Positions 47,217 to 59,289 of a stretch of 64,000 nucleotides of DNA are shown one piece after another. The translations under genes and the position numbers were made by a program. Source of the DNA: Psammoneis japonica (Eukaryota); the NCBI GenBank assembly GCA_008632985.1, contig QPGO01000163.1:62001-126000 (forward strand), written 5' to 3'. Position 1 is the stretch's first letter; each line of letters begins with the position of its first letter. The notes beneath the pieces are model-generated. The model was not told the origin of the DNA. It did no database searches and saw only the letters and a program-made list of their open reading frames with translations.

Positions 47217-48815
47217 ATGGTATTTTCTCCGGCAGCGCGACTGTCGGGTCTCATCCCGACAGTTGAGTACAGCGATGAGGTCAACGCTGCATACGTCAGT
47301 TTACCTTCATCCGTCCAACAAGAAATATCCAAAGTTGATTTGCAGCAGATACTTGATTCAACAGATAGGAGGGAAGAAACTCTCGATCAATTGAAGAAGG
47401 GAGGTGGGGCGGCATATTTTGCAAGAGTCAGTGCCAAGAACGAGGCTCTGTCGAAGCTACAAACACTTTCGAAACAAACCATCAGTCCACGAGATACGGA
47501 CCTTCTTCTTGCACGCTTCCTCTTTCAAGAACAATACGAGACCCCGAGATCATTGGACCCATCCGGCTATGCTACCAATGGTATCGAGCAGTCCTATGAA
47601 ACGCTTGCAACAAACGCTTTGTTTAGTACAAGAACCAAAAATGAGTTGGACGGTGATTCCGTTCACTTTATGATGTTCAGCCACGGTGAAACAAAAATTC
47701 AATGCCAACGATTCTCGTTCGGAGACAATCCGCTCATGTCTGGGGTGCGTCGTTGTCAGGGGGATCCATGCCTCGTCGACGAAAAGTTCTGCCAACTCCT
47801 CGATGTTCCGCGTGACAAACTTGTCGACCACCCCCTGCGACTGGAGATGATACAGCATGTGCTAAGAAGCAACATCTTCATGGAGTTAGAGGTTCAAGCC
47901 CTGTTTTTGCATTGGTGGGGTGGCCTTGTTCAAGAGTTAGAAGGGCCTGAAAGTGATATGAGAGTTTGTGATGTGGTGGGTATGAACGCCGTCAGTGTCG
48001 TGGTTGAAGTGTGCAATGAATACCTGCGTGCAGCCGGCAAACCTGAGAATTCTGGAGGAACTGGCATCTCGCGTCAGCTTGCGATAAAAAGCGATGCCGT
48101 CGTCTGCCACAAATCTTTCGTCGACGATTCAAATCAGGCCTTTCTTCGTTGCGCGTATCATGTAGAAATGAAGGAGGCAGGGAAATTGAAAAATTCAGCG
48201 ATGGACTGTAAATCACAGCTTATGGCCGAGTCACTTGCCAAGTCGCTGGCACTCCTACGAAAGAACAAAGAGCTTCCTCAAGTACTTTATTCTGTACTGT
48301 GTGACGGTCTATGCCTTCACGTTTTGATACATTTTCCGAGAGAGAGCATGGCCTATCTTTCCCATCGTGAGATTGAACCTGGACGGATGACGTGTATTAT
48401 GGCATGGCTACACAAACTGTCCGCCAATTGCGACCTGACCGAAGAAGAATTTCTGGCCACTGGTGTTCGTATTGGTGATCCATTAGAATCTGAAGTTCAA
48501 AACTTTGTAAACAAAAAGCGCACTCGCGAACGCTCTGCAGGGGTGGGGAAGGGGGGGGAAGCCAAGCCCAATGCAAAAGAGCCCATCCTTGGAACAAAGC
48601 GAACATCTATGGTGATTGATACAGCCGCAGAGGACGAGCGATCCCAACAAGAGGAACTCAACAAGAGTCTTGCTACCTTCTCCAGTGTTCAGAACTATTA
48701 TCGATACAACGATCCATTGCCTTTGACTGAGACAGTATTGGGGACTGTTCATGGCGATCAACCCCTATCAATGGAAGACAGACTCCAACGGGTTGGATTT
48801 ACTATGTTCCAATGA
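47217..48815 (+). CDS. PD-(D/E)xK nuclease-fold protein, Crinkler/REase-effector-like (532 aa)
   Basis: Intact ORF with normal TpA; KSDAVV...HVEMK...SQLMAE...YSVLCDG matches the D..ExK..Q..xxDG pattern of restriction-endonuclease-fold effectors. Confidence 0.65.
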   Translation: MVFSPAARLSGLIPTVEYSDEVNAAYVSLPSSVQQEISKVDLQQILDSTDRREETLDQLKKGGGAAYFARVSAKNEALSKLQTLSKQTISPRDTDLLLARFLFQEQYETPRSLDPSGYATNGIEQSYETLATNALFSTRTKNELDGDSVHFMMFSHGETKIQCQRFSFGDNPLMSGVRRCQGDPCLVDEKFCQLLDVPRDKLVDHPLRLEMIQHVLRSNIFMELEVQALFLHWWGGLVQELEGPESDMRVCDVVGMNAVSVVVEVCNEYLRAAGKPENSGGTGISRQLAIKSDAVVCHKSFVDDSNQAFLRCAYHVEMKEAGKLKNSAMDCKSQLMAESLAKSLALLRKNKELPQVLYSVLCDGLCLHVLIHFPRESMAYLSHREIEPGRMTCIMAWLHKLSANCDLTEEEFLATGVRIGDPLESEVQNFVNKKRTRERSAGVGKGGEAKPNAKEPILGTKRTSMVIDTAAEDERSQQEELNKSLATFSSVQNYYRYNDPLPLTETVLGTVHGDQPLSMEDRLQRVGFTMFQ

Positions 48816-51800
48816 TGAATTCATGCTTTTTCCTCTACTGGGCATGGAGTAGAACGAGGAGGAAGGATTGCACAAACATCTTAGAGAATCAGATATTCCG
48901 TGATCGGCACTGGTACAAAAGTCAAATTTAAGACCTGGTGCCAATTGAAGATTAATTATCATCCACACCCACATCTGGAAGTCGCCTCAAACACGTTGAA
49001 AGCACGGAGGTCATCATCCTGCGCGTGACAGCGCAAACTTTATTCGTGATGTGTGACTTATTTACATTCTGAAATTTGGTGTTGCCATCTAATGCATGTT
49101 GGCAGTCATCATCCAACGGACGTCTCAAAAATGTTGAAAGTTAAAATGGGTCCTGTCCCCACCTGCATGATGTCCCCCCTGTCGGTGACTCGGGTGCACC
49201 CTGCCCGACCAGCGCTCACTCCTTGCACAACTGTCTGACGGAATTTCTGGTGGCTTTTCTGTTGTAACCATGTGCACAAGAGCATGCCAGTGTTCAACAT
49301 TCACGCTGTGAATGTTGATGCTCCTCCAACTGTCATTTTGATTTTGTGTGCTGAGACAAGCCATTCAGAATTTCACGGATGACAACTCGACGACAAGTTC
49401 TTCCTTTCCATTGCTGCAGCAATGCTTGTGCCAAGATGCACTGCTTTGCTGCACATGTGCTTTTGTCATGACTCTCTCAATGCTGCTTGTGTGACCATGA
49501 GTCTTCTTGTGGTTTTGCAGTGTGGTTGCAACTGCTCATTGGATGCATCACCCCCATTTTCTCACCTCGCTTTTTGTTGTGACACTGTTCTCATTCGTCA
49601 TTCAGCAGTGCATGATGAAGGGAAAATGCGGCACTTTGCAATCAGTTGTTTGCTCTGCCAGTGAGTTCTCTCTTTTTTTGGTCTCACTGCCGCCAATTGC
49701 TGAGCATTCATTGTTTCTCTGCTTCTGCATCACAGACTGTTTTTTTTTTTTTGCAATGCTGCAATGTCTCGCCAGTTGGACAGCTCTGCTGCCACTGCAG
49801 CAAACAAGCTTTGCTTGTCCTGCTCTGCCTCCCTTTGTCCTTTTTTGGTTGCTGCTCCAAACGTTTGCTTCTTGAGGATGTCCACCTCTGATCTGGTGCC
49901 AACCGGAGGGGTGTTGTCAAAGGTCCAGGCAGATTGTGGCTGTTTTGTTGGTGGGTTGCTGGGGGTTTGGATTCCAGTGTTGATTTGGCTCTCATGTCAA
50001 CAGATGGCTCTGCTGCCAGAGATGCAGATTTTTGTTTCTTGCAGAGGAAGAGGTCCGTGGTTGTGGCCTCTCTTGATCAGGTTGTGCTCCCTGTTGGAAA
50101 AAAGATTGCCATGTCTTCTGTTTCACATCTGCTGGCGATTCCCAGCCTTTTGGTGCAACAGAAGTGGTTGCTTCTGTTGCTGCTCATGTGAGCCACAATG
50201 AGAAGGAGGCTGCCAAGCCTTGGTGTGCCAAGTCAGATTCAGTGGCAGGTTCAGCAGCAAAGTTGGTGGTGAAGAAGCTGGCAGACAATGCAACGGTGGT
50301 GGACTCTTTTTGCAATGACAACTCTTGGCCGCTTTTCTCTGTTGTGGCAAAGGACCAATCTTTGGATGCCCTGGGTGTCACTCATGAGATGCCACGTGAT
50401 GAGCCCAAGCATGCCAAAGTGGAGCAGAAGTGCTCTGAAGGCATGTTGTTGCATGGTCATTGGAAGTTGTACTCTGCGGTTCATTTCATTTTTCCAGACT
50501 TGGACAATGGCCAAGGGTGCACCACCTCTCATGCCTCCATGCCTCGCTGTCAAGTTTCATGCTCAGAGACAAATGCAAACACACATGAGAGAACATGAGG
50601 CATGGCCAGCACTGATGAATTGTGGTGCACAAACCAAAAGGTCAGGAGGGAGGCTGCAGACAGCAAAGTGAGGTCTCGTCAGAGGGAAATTTCCTGCCAA
50701 GCTCAGAATTTCCTGCCAATGCTGAGTGCCATTGCAGAAACCATCATTGCAACACATTTTTGACAGTTCGAACAGTTGGTTTCTAGAGAAACTTTGTTTT
50801 GCATTGGTGGGAAAATTTAGAACCCAGCTGCCTGAACAGACTGCAATTTGGTGAGGAGCTCTAAAGCAGAAAACCAATGAATTGGCACATCAGGCAATTG
50901 CATTTGGAGACTGCTGGCGCTGTTGAATGTGTGTGCAGGGCCAGTGCCAGGCACCATGTGATCTTTGCAAGATGAGACCCAAAAAAACACAACAGCTGTT
51001 GCAATGGCTTTGTCGCCACTGCAACAATCAACAGAGCACACTTGTTTGCATTGGAGACACTCAAGTGTGACATCAGAAAACATGCACAGTTGGTTGTGCT
51101 GCAAGATGCACATCACTGCACATGAAATGGTGATGATGGAGGTCTTGCCAGTGCTGTCGTGTCTGTGTGCAGAAACATTGCCACACCCCACGCAAAAACA
51201 TTGGCTGCAAAAACAAAAAAATGTGCAAGTGGTGTGCAATGATTTTGAGGCCACTGCAATTGATCCGGGCCCTTTTAACATGTTGAAAGCACCAAGGGGG
51301 GGGGGCATCAAAATGAGTGCACAAAGAAGATTTTGTTGCATTGGGGGGTTTCAGAGATGCCGTGCAATGGGTGAGATCATCACAGGCTCACAACCTCAGA
51401 ATGACTCCAGTGTGGCAGGAGTGACCTCCACACCAAAAGACACAGTGCAGTCTGCTTGCTTTGACATGCGCTTTTCAACACATGTGCCGGACAAAGGTCA
51501 GTCTTTGCTGCTGGCAGACAGGTGGACAGACTGACAGAACATGTCACGAGTCCATGATGCAACTCTAGTTTGAGGTCATGAAATCATCAAGACTGCACTT
51601 GCAACAACTTCAAACACCCTTGTTGACAATCCCTTGCCTCCAAGAAGTGGTCCTGGGCTTCTTTGTGGCAGGACCACACAATTGATGGAGGAGGGGCTCC
51701 TTTGTGAGGTGCCAAATTTGTGCTCATGAAGCTGTGCAGAGAGGGAAAGAATGCAAGGTCATGAGTTTGTTCAAGAATTGCAGTGGCGGCCATGCAAACA

Positions 51801-52537
51801 TGGCACAAAAGCATCGTGAGTCATGAGGGAGAAGCACAAGATTTCAAACTGTGCAAATCCTTGCACTGATTCTGCGCACATGGCAAACATGTGCAGTTTT
51901 GTGCCAGGAAGGACATCACACACCCTCTCCACAACATGTGCTGAAATGCCACACATGTGCCCCCCAATGTGTTTTGAGGTGGTGCAGGAACAAAAGTGGG
52001 CCAGATTCCATGCATGCAGAGCTTGGCATGTTTTCCTGTTGCACCAGTGGCATGTGTGGCAGCACCATCCACTTTGGAGCCACAAGGATGAGCAGCTTGG
52101 GACACATTTTGGGTCAGATCTCACCACACACAAAATCCAAGACACCCAGAAGGCTTCCAACATTTCAGCGTGGCAATTGCAGAAAAGGGAAAAATTGGAG
52201 GAGTTGTTTTTTATGACAATGGAAGCAGCAAGAGCCCACAGCATCTTCTCAAGGAAGTTGAGTTGGAACAGTCCTTTGAGTTTCCATTGTCCGGGAGAGG
52301 GTTCAAGTTGGCAAGGGGGTGGTTGTCATTGACACTTGAAAATGACTGGCTGTTGGCACCACATTTGTTGCATTGCTCAGCATCACATCAACTTTCATGA
52401 ACAACATCAAATCTGCCAGAGCAAAATCAAAAACCACAACAAATGCATGGAGAGTGGATTTTTAAAAGACAAAAAATGATGGGCCATTGCAAGCGCCAGC
52501 TGTTGGCATGCAAAAAACATCACCCACAACCAACAAT

Positions 52538-52538
52538 C

Positions 52539-52573
<35 letters not shown>
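52538..52573. repeat. (CAA)12 microsatellite
   Basis: Read directly. Confidence 0.95.
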
Positions 52574-52574
<1 letters not shown>

Positions 52575-52714
52575 CCATTGTGCTTGCAAACTCCCTTGAC
52601 AAAAACAATTCCTGCACTGTCACCATTGAATGACTCACATTGTCACACTCACTGCTTGATGCAGTCATCTCTCCCACTGTCATTTTGCTTGTGTGGTTTT
52701 TCTGAGAGCGTGCT

Positions 52715-52931
52715 CCTGTGGTGCCGAGATGTGCCATGGGTGATGGGTGCATGATGACGGACATTGTTTGTGTGTTGTGTGTTTGTTGGTGTCATTTCAC
52801 AGATGAGCGTGCCTGGCCCTGACCCTGATCCTGGCGCAACCTGTGGTGCCAAGACGTGCCATGGGTGATGGGTGCATGATGACGGACATTGTTTGTGTGT
52901 TGCACATTTGTTGGTCATTTCACAGATGAGC
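52715..52931. repeat. Direct repeat of ~93 bp (52715-52808 and 52840-52931)
   Basis: CCTGTGGTGCC...GGGTGATGGGTGCATGATGACGGACATTGTTTGTGTGTTG...CATTTCACAGATGAGC occurs twice. Confidence 0.9.
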
Positions 52932-54756
52932 ATGAACAAAACACCACCACAATTTCAAAGTTGAAATTGCCCAAACAGGATGACTCATGTTTCAGCAGAT
53001 TTTGCTGAAACATGCATTGTGCAGAAACATGAGTCCCATTTGCATGTTTCAGCAAATGGCGGTGTTTCAATCAAGCATGGCTCAAAGCACGAATCAGGCA
53101 ACATCAATTTAACAGCACAAAAGGGTCTTTTTAAGATGTTTCATGCAGACTGTGGTGCCATGCAATGCATGTTGTCAGTTGCGAGCAAGAAGTCTGTGCA
53201 TCACACATGCACGTGATCACAAACATGACATCATGTGTCATGCTTTGAGAGAGGAATCCATCCTCTGGCTGTTCCGGGTTTCCAAGGAGATTGTTCACGC
53301 ACAACACTGCACTTGGCTGGAGGTGGCATGACGCATGCCTGCATGCATGTCATCGGGGTGGTGATTTGCGTGCACACCGGCAGATGACAGAGTTTGAATT
53401 TAATCCATGCATTGAGCTTTGAATGATTCTTCAAATTTGGAGATGCATTTGTTCCAGTTTCTCTGAATCTTTTGTCGAGACACCACGTGTTTTTGCCGTG
53501 CTTTGAGTTTTTTTGTCTTGGTGCTGTGGTGAAATCATCAAACAATGTGATTCAAAAGGGAGATGACTGCAACGTGAACAGCCATGCTGCAGCATCAAAA
53601 GGAGTGTCTCTCGCACCAGTTGATTGTTGGAACAAAAGATGTCAGGAGCACCGGCATGCTCTCTGCATGAGCTCAGCTCTGTTTTCTGTCACTTTCTTCT
53701 GGATGTGTTTTTGACTGGTTGCTCCTTGATGAATGATTTTGACTGGTTGCGCATTTCAGACGATGGCACAAATTCAGCTCCATTTGTGCTGACACTTTCT
53801 CCAAAACCAATGATTTGAGCAGCTGCATCTTCTTGACGATGACATGAGAATTTGGCTCTGTTTGTGCTGTCACTTTCTGCTCAACAAATGATTTTGACTG
53901 TTGGCATCTTTTGGAGCATCCTCTGCTGCTTTGCTGCTGATGGAATTGTGATTGACAAACTTGTGCCATGTCACCGGCGCGACTTTCCGAGCTGCAGTTT
54001 TTTTTTAGAACTTGCAGGGCAGCATGCGTGCCTCTGTCTTCAACAACTCCCAACCTGCAACACAAGCTGCAGGACTGGCATCCTTTTCTTCTTCTTCTTG
54101 GATTTTCGAAATGGCACCCTCACTTTCTCCACCGCGATGAATCCCCTGCAACTGCACTGCATCCTGTGTCCTTTCTTCTTCAAACTCCAGCGCCAGCTGG
54201 ATTGCGCCACGGTCGTCCAATCTTTCTCCACCAACTGAGTCATCCTGGAAGTGATTGCAGCAGTGGACATTGTGAGCAACAAATGACTCTAGATCAAACA
54301 ACACTTGATTCGACAAACAACGGGGCAGCTTGGTGTCTTGGTGTTCATTGTTGATTGTCCGTGGTGGCGGTGCGCGTGCGTGTTGAGAAAGAGCGAAGTC
54401 TGTGCGTCACACACGCGTGATCCAGCAAAATCGCCACGATGTCTGTCCGTGCCCCACCTGGTCCGGAGGAATGCACCATACGGTACAGTACGTAGGGCCC
54501 TACATACGGTACATACCGCCCGGTATGACGTGTTCGAATCATCAAAAGACTCTTCATCCATCATCATCATCGGCCATCGGTGCGGTGTGCGGCCGCCGAT
54601 GGACCGCTGTTTTTGGGTTTGCTTGCACAACACATACCCTATCATTGCGTTGAATGATTCTTCTCTCGGGGTTGCTCGTCTGTTTTTCCATTATATAGTT
54701 TTCTTGTTTTGTGCATTGCATATTATCAACCAGTTGAACATTATATTGTTACAATC

Positions 54757-56319
54757 ATGACGACAATGATGAGATTTTCTGGACGTCAATACTTGTCTCG
54801 CTTTTTGGTGAGGAGGCGTTGTTTGCCCATGACACAATCACAACGGAGCACCACCGCTGTAGTGTCGTTATCCTGTGCAACAGCAGCAGCAGCAGCAGTT
54901 GCATTCAAGCCGCTGACGTGGTCGTCGTGTGAACAACAAACTACAGAGGATTTGTACAAGGAATGGGATGATTTTTATGCCAAATCTGTCAAGCCGGGAG
55001 AAGAAGATGATGAAGACGAGGAGGAGGATGAAGATGAGGACGAGGAGGAGGAGAATGAAGCAGACGATGAGGAGAACGAAGCAGATGAGACGGGAGAGCA
55101 AGTCACTGAGATGCCTACCGAAGTCAAAAAGGACATGATTGAAGAAGAAGAAGAAGAAGCAGCACCTGAATCTAAGGCAGCTGAGGGAAAGATCGAGAGG
55201 GACTTGGAAGCGGAAGCTGCTGAGCAGAAGAGCGTTACCAACGAATCGCACGTTACTGCAGAGGAGGTGGTAGAACAGACAAAAGAGGCCAGCAACAAAG
55301 TGCCGCTTGAGGAGGAACCGGTGGCTAATGAGGGAGATGAGGCAGCACCTTATGTTGCAACCAAGATGAAAGAACCGACTGCAGCAGCAGCTGAATCTAT
55401 GGATGACGACGACGACAAGTACGAAAACTTACCAGATGAGGATGAGCCCACGTCGTGCTCCATTTGTCGTATTAATCGCAAGGGGCCTTGCCGATTTTTG
55501 TGGCGCAAGTTTGAAGCCTGCATGAAGGACAACATGACCAACAACAAGCAAAACACAAACGAAAGCAGTGTTTCTTCTCCAAATCCAGCCATTGCGGAAC
55601 GGTGTGACAGGTACATGATGCCTTGGATCACGTGCTTTCAGGAATACCGCAATTTCTATACACTTGCCACCAATGAGTTGTATCGAAAAGACTTTCTCGA
55701 TGAAGCAGAAGCGGCTGTTCCAAAAGAACACTGCCGATCCTTGGAGGATCCCGATATTGATTGGACGGCATTTCTCCAATTTCTACAAGATGAAGAAATG
55801 ACGATCACCGACATGGCCATGGCCAAGACAGCCATTGACGTTGGACCGAATCAATCTGAACGGCTGGACGTTTTGCGCCATTCCATGAGGAAGGCAGGCT
55901 TGGAATTTCAGGATAAGGTCCTTGTGATCGATGAGGACAATCCGCAATTCTTGTGTGACTGTCAAGCACGCATATCGCTCAAGGAACCTAATGCAAGCCA
56001 CGAACTTCCCATTGAAGTTGCCTATGCGCGAGATCAAGACGGAAACATTTTGGGTTTTGACATGTTTACCAGTGCCAAGGAAGCAAAAGGCAATAAGGAG
56101 CAAGAGTCGGGCGTTTTGAATTTTCACATTCGCTTTGGATCGACGCTGGCTATACAGATTTGTTCCATTTACCAAGAGGTGGATCCAAAGGACGGGACGG
56201 TGGTGGAGAGGCGCTTGTATCAGAGTGATTTGATTCCAGTCACCCAACCAGCACGAAAGGCGGGACTCTTTAAGGACGAAAAGCCTATTTCCTTTCCTAC
56301 GAATATTATGAAGAAGTAG
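54757..56319 (+). CDS. GCK / twin-CX9C domain protein, probably mitochondrial, with acidic linker (520 aa)
   Basis: Arg-rich N-terminal presequence plus Ala stretch; CSIC...GPCRFLWRKFEAC (CX9C) and CDRYMMPWITC (CX9C). Confidence 0.75.
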   Translation: MTTMMRFSGRQYLSRFLVRRRCLPMTQSQRSTTAVVSLSCATAAAAAVAFKPLTWSSCEQQTTEDLYKEWDDFYAKSVKPGEEDDEDEEEDEDEDEEEENEADDEENEADETGEQVTEMPTEVKKDMIEEEEEEAAPESKAAEGKIERDLEAEAAEQKSVTNESHVTAEEVVEQTKEASNKVPLEEEPVANEGDEAAPYVATKMKEPTAAAAESMDDDDDKYENLPDEDEPTSCSICRINRKGPCRFLWRKFEACMKDNMTNNKQNTNESSVSSPNPAIAERCDRYMMPWITCFQEYRNFYTLATNELYRKDFLDEAEAAVPKEHCRSLEDPDIDWTAFLQFLQDEEMTITDMAMAKTAIDVGPNQSERLDVLRHSMRKAGLEFQDKVLVIDEDNPQFLCDCQARISLKEPNASHELPIEVAYARDQDGNILGFDMFTSAKEAKGNKEQESGVLNFHIRFGSTLAIQICSIYQEVDPKDGTVVERRLYQSDLIPVTQPARKAGLFKDEKPISFPTNIMKK

Positions 56320-57114
56320 GGCTAACTATTGTTGGAAGCAACCGTGCTTACTAGAGATAAGGTAGTCACCCTTATAGTAACAGTTCAGCGATTCTAAATC
56401 CTATCAAAGTTAAGCATTGCCAGACTGATATATATCTACTCCTTTGCCATTCCTTGTTTTCTTTTTCATACGAAACATGCAAGAAATATGGAGACGTCGC
56501 TCGCGCCTCGACGACTCGTCGTTCCTTTTTTGAAACACAAGTGGTGGCCCCAATACATAAAGGGAAACCCATTTCCTTCCCTACGAATAGGAAGAAGTAG
56601 GGCTAACTACTCTTGGAAAGCAACCGTGCTTACTCTAGAGAGATAGGTTAGTCACGCGTATAGTATTTCAGCGTTTCAAAATACTATCAACGTTAATCTT
56701 GCCAGACTGATGCATATTCACTTCTTTCCCACTTCTCGACGACTCGTCGTTCCTTTTTTAACCCCAAGCCGTGCAGAGGCGTTTGTATCAGAGTGATTTG
56801 ATTCCAGACTCCCGACCAGTGCGAGAGGCGGGACTCTTCAAGGACGAAAAGCCCATTTCGTTGCCGACGAATATGAACAAGTAGGGCTTAAAACTACTTT
56901 TGGAAAGCAACCGCGCTGTCTAGAGTGAGAGGGTTGTCATGCGTATAATAACATTTCAGCGATTCGAAATACTACCGTATCAAAGTTAAACATTGCCAGA
57001 CTGATATATATCTAGGTACTCCTTTCCCGTTCCTTTTCCTCTTTTTCACACGAACCATGCAAGTAATGTAAGAGTCGTTGCTCACGCCTCAACGACTCGT
57101 CGTTCCTTTTTTTT
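56206..57114 (+). repeat. Tandem triplication of the last codons and 3' UTR of the GCK gene
   Basis: Units ~56206-56531, 56565-56759 and 56776-57114 share AAGTAGGGCT, GCAACCG, TGCCAGACTGAT and CGACTCGTCGTTCCTTTTT. Confidence 0.9.
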
Positions 57115-57167
57115 TCCAAGGTGCCATCTCTGCAAGAACACATAGGATTGACGCAACTGACTTGCCT

Positions 57168-58932
57168 CTACATGCAGTAGCTGCACCTACCATTTACAAT
57201 ACCAACACCATCCACATCATTACACTGGTTCTCGGGTACTGTAAAATGAGAACACCCAAGACAGCAAGCCTCGCAATTGCAGCTATTGGGTCCAATGGTG
57301 GCATTGACCAATCCAACACAAGCCTTTTCACCACTACACGACAAATCCTTGATTGTTGATCCCATCTGATGTTTACAACAGTTCTTTGCATTACAGCTCT
57401 TGGCGTGGATGGTGGTATTGATGAGTTTGGCACACGAAAAGTGTCGATTGCAAGATCTCGGCCCAATCATGGAATCCTTTTGAAAGCGACACGAATTATC
57501 CCCATTGCAGCTACGGACACCAATGGTCGTACCGTCGAGACGCATACAAGACTCTCGGAAATTGCAAGAACCATTGTTTACCACGGAATTGACTTGATGA
57601 ACACAAGAACGACTGCGGAGATCTAAAATATATACAAAAGCAGCAAAACAAAAAAGACACACAAGGCTTGAGCATTGAAATCTATATTCTCGGGGGCAGA
57701 GTGAAGCTCATGCTACACTTACGTCGTTTACCACCGCAACTCTTGTTTTTGATCAACGTATTGGTAATGTTGGTACAAGCATTAAAACCATTGCAAGAGG
57801 CATTGTAAATCATGGAATTGGTAGCATTGGCACATGACAGAGCCAAGTTGCAACTTGCATCTTGTACAGTTGTATTGATGAGACCGGAACAAGAGTCCCA
57901 TGCATTGCAGCTATCATCACGAACGTTGCTATCCGACATGCCAGGACACGCATGGACATAGTTGCAGCTGTCGTCCTTGACTGTGCTACTTTCCATATCC
58001 GAACAAGCTCCAACGTAATTACAGGAATCGTTTCCGATCGTAATGTCTTTTCCATTTAAACAAGATCGTTCCACATTGCAGCTATTATGTCCAATCTCAC
58101 TCAAACAAAATTCGCATCGGATCGTGGTCATGCCATTGCATTGATTCTTGGGTACAGTCACGTGTGAACAAAACGCACAGCATCCATCGCAGTTGCAACT
58201 GTTGGCCTCAATGGTTGTATCCGCAATGGCTTGGCAGGCATATTTTCCATTACACGATCCAATTTGAACCTCTGAATTGATTTGAGATTCACAACTATAT
58301 TCTTCATTGCAGCTGTTGTTTTTGACAAATCCAGTGTCGATATGGGAACAAGCGTTTTCTGCATTGCACGAACCACTTTTCACCTTGGTTGCCACGACAT
58401 TGTCACAAGCAAAATACGCGTTACAGCTATCGTCACCCACGGTTGTATTGGAAAGAAACGAACAAGCCCGAAAGTCGTTGCACGAGCCACGGCGAACCTT
58501 GGATTCCTCGCTGAGTTCACACGCACTGTCGTGATTGCATGCTTCCTTGTTAATCGTGGACCTTACCAAACGTGAACACGCTCCCCATCCATTACAGGCA
58601 TGGTCTTTGACGGTACTACCGGAAATGGCTCGACAAGCATATCGTCCGTTGCAGCTACCGTCTCCAATGGCGGCATGTAAGAACCGAGAACAGTCATCCC
58701 ATCTCGTGCAGGCGCATGCATAATTACCATTACACGATTTGTTGCCCACGGTAGCCTTTTTGGCATCCAGACACGCGGTCGAAACGTTGCAACTGTCCAT
58801 TCCTGCCACAATCGTATTGTTGTTGTCATTATTATCTATGAGCTCCTGACTCCAACTCAATTGGAGGAGCAACCACAAGGGCAACAGCACAATGTAGTAG
58901 TAGCGGCGTAGTGAGATACGACGACAAGCCAT
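57168..58932 (-). CDS. Secreted Cys-rich repeat protein (~17-aa SCN-x3-AC repeats); probable intron 57623-57722
   Basis: Signal peptide, >20 repeats, normal TpA; a GTAAGT donor and TTTTAG acceptor join ORFs 57682 and 57168 in frame. Confidence 0.8.
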
Positions 58933-59289
58933 TGTTGTTGCATGTAAAAAAGTGTCACTGTCTCTTTGTTTTTCTAGTGCTTCTTCTTGGTTGATATGAT
59001 TGATGTGGGCTCTTCACTCTCTTCATCCGCGAATCAATCAATCATCAAAGATCAAAAGACAACAACAACAATAAGTGTTTGTGATTTGTGATCGCGTCAC
59101 GTGTGTCACGTCAGAGTTCTCGTTTTGGCCTTCCAGTGTAGTCGCGCGTCAATTGCGCGATCATGTCTCGGCGTGTTGTGCGACGAGTGCGTCGTGGTGC
59201 AAATTCATAAAATGTGATGATCCTACGGTGTACGATTTTGCGTTGTGTGTGAAATTTTTTAACACCTTCTAGCTAGCTAGCCAGAAAAG

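Larger units (their letters stand above)
49070..54478. repeat. Unclassified, strongly TpA/CpG-depleted decayed repeat block
   Basis: Almost no TA outside YTAR; no recognisable intact protein; right edge carries the shared 56-bp terminus. Confidence 0.6.

Noticed and set aside
44300..54400. Many Cys/His-rich ORFs that look like metallothioneins or zinc-finger proteins (excluding the gene at 47217-48815)
   Set aside because: They overlap in all frames, lack Tyr and follow from loss of TAA/TAG and gain of TG/CA; there is no coherent domain.
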